Translations under genes and position numbers: made by a program
The notes under the pieces: generated by a model
The model's input: the letters and a program-made list of their open reading frames with translations, nothing else
Told to the model about the DNA's origin: nothing
The model's database searches: none
Assembly: GCA_015662355.1 (NCBI GenBank)
Contig: DQUI01000025.1
Coordinates: forward strand, 90-64,089
DNA from: Methanothermococcus okinawensis
Lineage (GTDB): Archaea > AGJL01 > Methanococci > Methanococcales > Methanococcaceae
Length of the DNA stretch: 64,000 nucleotides
Direction of reading: 5' to 3'
Shown here: positions 60,616 to 64,000 of the stretch, piece by piece
How positions within the stretch are numbered: the first letter of the stretch is position 1
How the letters are laid out: each line of letters opens with the position of its first letter

Positions 60616-61519
60616 GATCTGTGGGGTGGAGTTTAAAAATCCTGTATTTCTAGCGGCAGGGGTTATGGGTGAAACTGGGGGGGCGCTAAAGAGGATGGCC
60701 AAGAATGGAGCAGGAGCTGTATGCACAAAATCCCTTGGATTGGAGAAGAGGTCAGGCCACAGGAATCCAACTATAGTGGAGGTGGAGGGGGGATTTCTCA
60801 ACGCCATGGGACTTCCTAACCCTGGGGTTAAAGAGTATATCAGGGAGTTAGAGGGTATAAGGGATTATTTGAAAAAGATAGATGTAAAAATCATCGGTTC
60901 CATATACGGGAGAGATCCTGAGGAGTTCTCAGAGGTGGCAGAGATCCTGGAACCCTATGTAGATCTCCTGGAGTTAAATATCTCCTGCCCCCATGCTGGA
61001 GGAGGCTACGGTGCCCAGATAGGCCAAGATCCAGATCTATCCTATAAGGTAGTTTCAAGTGTCAGGGATAGGGTTGAGATACCTGTGATGGTGAAACTTA
61101 CACCTAATGTTAGGGATATAAAGGAGATAGCAGTGGCAGTAGTGGATGGTGGTGCAGATGCTATCACAGCTATAAACACCTTAGGCCCAGGGATGGCCAT
61201 AGATATAAAAACTGGGAGACCTATCCTTGGCAACAAATTTGGAGGTATGTCTGGGAAGGCTATAAAGCCTATAGCTCTAAGGTGTGTATACGAGATATAC
61301 TCTGTAGTAGATGTACCTATAGTTGGAGTGGGAGGTATTACTACAGGCTATGACGTTGTGGAATTTATGATGGCAGGTGCAACTGCTGTACAGGTAGGTA
61401 CTGGGGTATACTACAGAGGTTACGACATCTTCTACAAGATATGTAAGGAGTTAGAGGAGTATCTAGTTGAGAACAACGTGAAGATTAAAGATATCCTGGG
61501 GAGGGCCCATGAGCTCTAA
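60602..61519 (+). CDS. pyrD: Dihydroorotate dehydrogenase, family 1
   Basis: [41 protein letters not shown]. Confidence 0.94.
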   Translation: MLEIEICGVEFKNPVFLAAGVMGETGGALKRMAKNGAGAVCTKSLGLEKRSGHRNPTIVEVEGGFLNAMGLPNPGVKEYIRELEGIRDYLKKIDVKIIGSIYGRDPEEFSEVAEILEPYVDLLELNISCPHAGGGYGAQIGQDPDLSYKVVSSVRDRVEIPVMVKLTPNVRDIKEIAVAVVDGGADAITAINTLGPGMAIDIKTGRPILGNKFGGMSGKAIKPIALRCVYEIYSVVDVPIVGVGGITTGYDVVEFMMAGATAVQVGTGVYYRGYDIFYKICKELEEYLVENNVKIKDILGRAHEL

Positions 61520-62603
61520 GAGATTTAAACACTTTGAAGACTATGTAGATTTCCTTGAGTCCAGGGATCCTAGAGCTGTTATCAACACTTTAAAGTTAGT
61601 TGGTGAAAGGGAGAAAAAGAAGTATATTACATACTCCAAGAACGTGTTTATTCCACTTTGTAACTGGTGTAGGAACCTCTGTGGATACTGCACCTTTAGA
61701 GGGGAGAATTTTAAACTTATGAAGGAGAGGGAAGTTAAAGAGATACTTCTAAAGGGAGATAGATACAACTGTAAAGAGGCCCTATTTACCTTTGGAGAGA
61801 GGGTAGATGAGAATCCAAAGGTGAGGGAGGAGTTAAAGAGGATGGGCTATTGTAACATCTTAGAGTATCTCTATCATTTGGAAGACTGGTGTCTCAACAA
61901 CACCAACTTACTGCCCCATACAAACTGTGGCCTCTTGGAGTATGAGGAGTTGAAGATGTTGAAGGAGGTTAACGCCTCTATGGGTATTATGCTGGAGAAC
62001 TCCAGTGAGAGGTTGATGAAAACTGTAGCCCACAGGGACAGTCCAGGTAAAGATCCTAAGAAACGTTTAGAGATGATAGAAAATGCAGGTAAGTTGAAGA
62101 TACCCTTTACAACAGGTATCCTAGTAGGTATTGGGGAAAGTAGCGAGGAGATCGTGAGATCCCTTATGGACATTAAAGGGTTGTCAGAGAAATACGGACA
62201 TATACAGGAGGTGATAATTCAGAACTTCAGATCTAAGAGGGGCATCCCCATGGAGAACTTCAAGGAACCTTCACCTCTCAGGATGTTAAAGGTGATACTG
62301 TTAGCCAAGATGATCCTACCCCCTGAGGTGTCTATCCAGGTGCCCCCTAATCTAAACAGGGAAACTGGACAGTTGTTCCTACTTGCAGGTGTAGATGACT
62401 GGGGAGGGGTGTCTCCTATTACAGAGGACTATATAAATCCCGAGGCCCCATGGCCTGAAATTGAAACCTTGAGGGAGTATACAGAGGAGGTAGGATATAG
62501 GTTAAGAGAGAGGTTACCTGTATACGACAGATACATAAGTAGTGAGTGGTTAAGTGAGAGGGTTTTGAATAAGATCTACACTGTCTATAAGGGAGTTAAG
62601 TAA
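61509..62603 (+). CDS. cofG: FO synthase subunit 1 (F420 biosynthesis)
   Basis: [50 protein letters not shown]. Confidence 0.92.
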   Translation: MSSKRFKHFEDYVDFLESRDPRAVINTLKLVGEREKKKYITYSKNVFIPLCNWCRNLCGYCTFRGENFKLMKEREVKEILLKGDRYNCKEALFTFGERVDENPKVREELKRMGYCNILEYLYHLEDWCLNNTNLLPHTNCGLLEYEELKMLKEVNASMGIMLENSSERLMKTVAHRDSPGKDPKKRLEMIENAGKLKIPFTTGILVGIGESSEEIVRSLMDIKGLSEKYGHIQEVIIQNFRSKRGIPMENFKEPSPLRMLKVILLAKMILPPEVSIQVPPNLNRETGQLFLLAGVDDWGGVSPITEDYINPEAPWPEIETLREYTEEVGYRLRERLPVYDRYISSEWLSERVLNKIYTVYKGVK

Positions 62604-62620
62604 TAGCTGTTATTCTTACG

Positions 62621-63907
62621 GTGGTTACTATGGATTATTTTAAGTATACTAACGTAATGAGGGAGAAGTTAGGGAGGGAAGGTCTATCTTTAGAGGATAT
62701 GGAGGGTATAGGGGATATGGCCTATAGGAGAATTATGGAGAAATACGATAGGGAGGAATTAGGTTTTATGGAGGTAATATATAGGGACATTGGAGAGTAC
62801 TCCCTGAACCATAGATACAGGGAGTTTAAGTATATCCTAGTTATTGGAATGGGTGGATCTATTTTAGGTACTCAGGCTATTTATGAAGGGGTTAAAGGTA
62901 TTTACGCCAACGAATTAAATGAGAAGAAGGTTTTTTTTCTAGACAACTCAGATCCTGAGTTACTATACAGTATCCTTAGAATAGTAGATCTTAAGGAGAC
63001 ATTAGTATTTGTAGTAAGTAAGTCTGGGAATACAGTGGAAACCCTTGCAAACTTCTTTATACTTAAGGAGATGATGGAAAAGAAAGGATGTGGAAAAGAT
63101 AACATTGTTATAATTTCCAGTGGAGGGGTCTTGAAGGAGATAGGGGAGAGGGAAGATTATCAGATCTTTGAAATCCCTGAGAATGTTGTAGGTAGGTTTT
63201 CAGTACTATCCTCTGTTGGACTGGTCCCACTGTCTGCCATGGGAGTAGATATAGAGAGATTAATATCTGGGGCAAGGGATATGGACAAGATATGTAGGAG
63301 GGATGATTTATTTAAAAATCCTGCCCTTATGAATGCCCTTATTCATCACCTGTTTTTAAATAGGGGAAAGAGTATCTCAGTACTTATGCCCTATATGGAG
63401 AGGCTCTACAGATTTAGTATGTGGTACAGACAACTGTGGGCTGAAAGTCTTGGAAAGGATGGGAAGGGTCAGACGCCGGTGGCAGCCTTAGGTGCCAAGG
63501 ATCAGCACTCCCAACTTCAACTTTACCTTGATGGTCCAAGGGATAAGATAATTACATTTATAAGGGTTAAGAGATTCAGGGGAGACTTTAATATAAGGTA
63601 TAGGGGACACTACCTAGAGGACCACACCCTATCTCAGCTGATAAACCTTCAACAGTTAGGAACTGAGAGGGCCCTAACTGCTAGAGGGGTTCCCAACCTC
63701 TCCATTGTACTTAAGGATCTAGATGAATACACCCTTGGGAAGTTAATATACATGTACGAGATGACAACTGCCTTCATGGGAGAGATGTTAGGAGTAAACG
63801 CCTTCGATCAACCTGCAGTAGAGGAGGGTAAGAGGATAACTAGGGAGTTATTGGAGGGGAGAGCTAAAGGGGAGGAGGTTTTAGAGGAGTACGTGATTAA
63901 GATATAA
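62621..63907 (+). CDS. pgi: Glucose-6-phosphate isomerase
   Basis: GMGGSILG, SKSGNTVET, VVGRFSVLS, QLWAESLGK, DQHSQLQL, AFDQPAVEEGK. Confidence 0.95.
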   Translation: MVTMDYFKYTNVMREKLGREGLSLEDMEGIGDMAYRRIMEKYDREELGFMEVIYRDIGEYSLNHRYREFKYILVIGMGGSILGTQAIYEGVKGIYANELNEKKVFFLDNSDPELLYSILRIVDLKETLVFVVSKSGNTVETLANFFILKEMMEKKGCGKDNIVIISSGGVLKEIGEREDYQIFEIPENVVGRFSVLSSVGLVPLSAMGVDIERLISGARDMDKICRRDDLFKNPALMNALIHHLFLNRGKSISVLMPYMERLYRFSMWYRQLWAESLGKDGKGQTPVAALGAKDQHSQLQLYLDGPRDKIITFIRVKRFRGDFNIRYRGHYLEDHTLSQLINLQQLGTERALTARGVPNLSIVLKDLDEYTLGKLIYMYEMTTAFMGEMLGVNAFDQPAVEEGKRITRELLEGRAKGEEVLEEYVIKI

Positions 63908-63931
63908 GGGCTTTCCATGGGATAGTTATGG
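63903..63931 (+). repeat. 29-bp upstream element, copy 2 (pgi stop to DUF1156 start)
   Basis: TATAAGGGCTTTCCATGGGATAGTTATGG; near-identical to 34697-34724. Confidence 0.55.
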
Positions 63932-64000
63932 ACAGGCGATTCATCGAGAAGACATTTCCTATCAGGGAGGTAGGAGAGATCTCCGCCAGGGAGAAGAACA
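63928..64000 (+). CDS. 5' fragment of a DUF1156-like (adenine methylase-associated) protein, truncated by the window edge
   Basis: MDRRFIEKTFPIREVGEISAREKN resembles the RxIExxFP...S.REK N-terminus of DUF1156 proteins; only 24 codons visible. Confidence 0.65.
   Translation, partial: MDRRFIEKTFPIREVGEISAREKN

Noticed and set aside
3114-62173. Many 60-170 aa ORFs antisense to or nested in long genes (e.g. 3114-3515, 16898-17365, 41309-41782, 48899-49408, 56214-56732)
   Set aside because: They are Ser/Leu/Pro/Ile-rich shadow frames produced by purine-rich coding strands, with no motifs or RBS.
1-64000. tRNA, rRNA, C/D-box sRNA, CRISPR, IS elements and selenocysteine (UGA) read-through
   Set aside because: I saw no GC-rich structural RNA island, periodic repeats or transposase motifs, and no ORF appears truncated at a UGA in a Cys-equivalent position. 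This was by eye only; tRNAscan-SE and Infernal would be decisive.

Overview
AT-rich, gene-dense archaeal chromosome segment from a methanogen of the order Methanococcales, probably thermophilic (inference). Support: methanogen-type SerRS, Ehb hydrogenase, CdhA/B, CofG, MfnD, MtxX, AGA/AGG/ATA-rich codons and GGTGA-type RBSs. It is mostly housekeeping: cofactor synthesis (bioD, bioA, thiE, nadC, ribH, cobY, cofG, mfnD, a chelatase), translation (serS, valS, rpl40e, rpl10e, tsr3, Trm112), RNA and protein turnover (aCPSF1, psmB, Lon, RNase P Pop5) and energy/carbon assimilation (ehbE-O operon, ehbCD, cdhAB cluster). I found no rRNA, tRNA, CRISPR array or transposase. Four elements missing from the ORF track were read from the sequence: rpl40e (13905-14048), a Trm112-family gene (36562-36714, minus), a doubly disrupted lipoprotein-like pseudogene (26250-26755, minus) and the 5' end of a DUF1156-like methylase gene at the right edge. 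Best leads: (1) an A9 slippery run in the linker of an in-frame chlD-type chelatase gene, with stops soon after in both shifted frames; (2) a shared 11-6-11 inverted-repeat motif upstream of both the ehb operon and cdhA; (3) a possible defence island starting at 63928, preceded by a 28-29 bp element also found upstream of the RecJ-like gene; (4) a cdhA-cdhB-ferredoxin-Isf cluster lacking ACS subunits. All gene calls come from motif recognition by eye; no database search was run.
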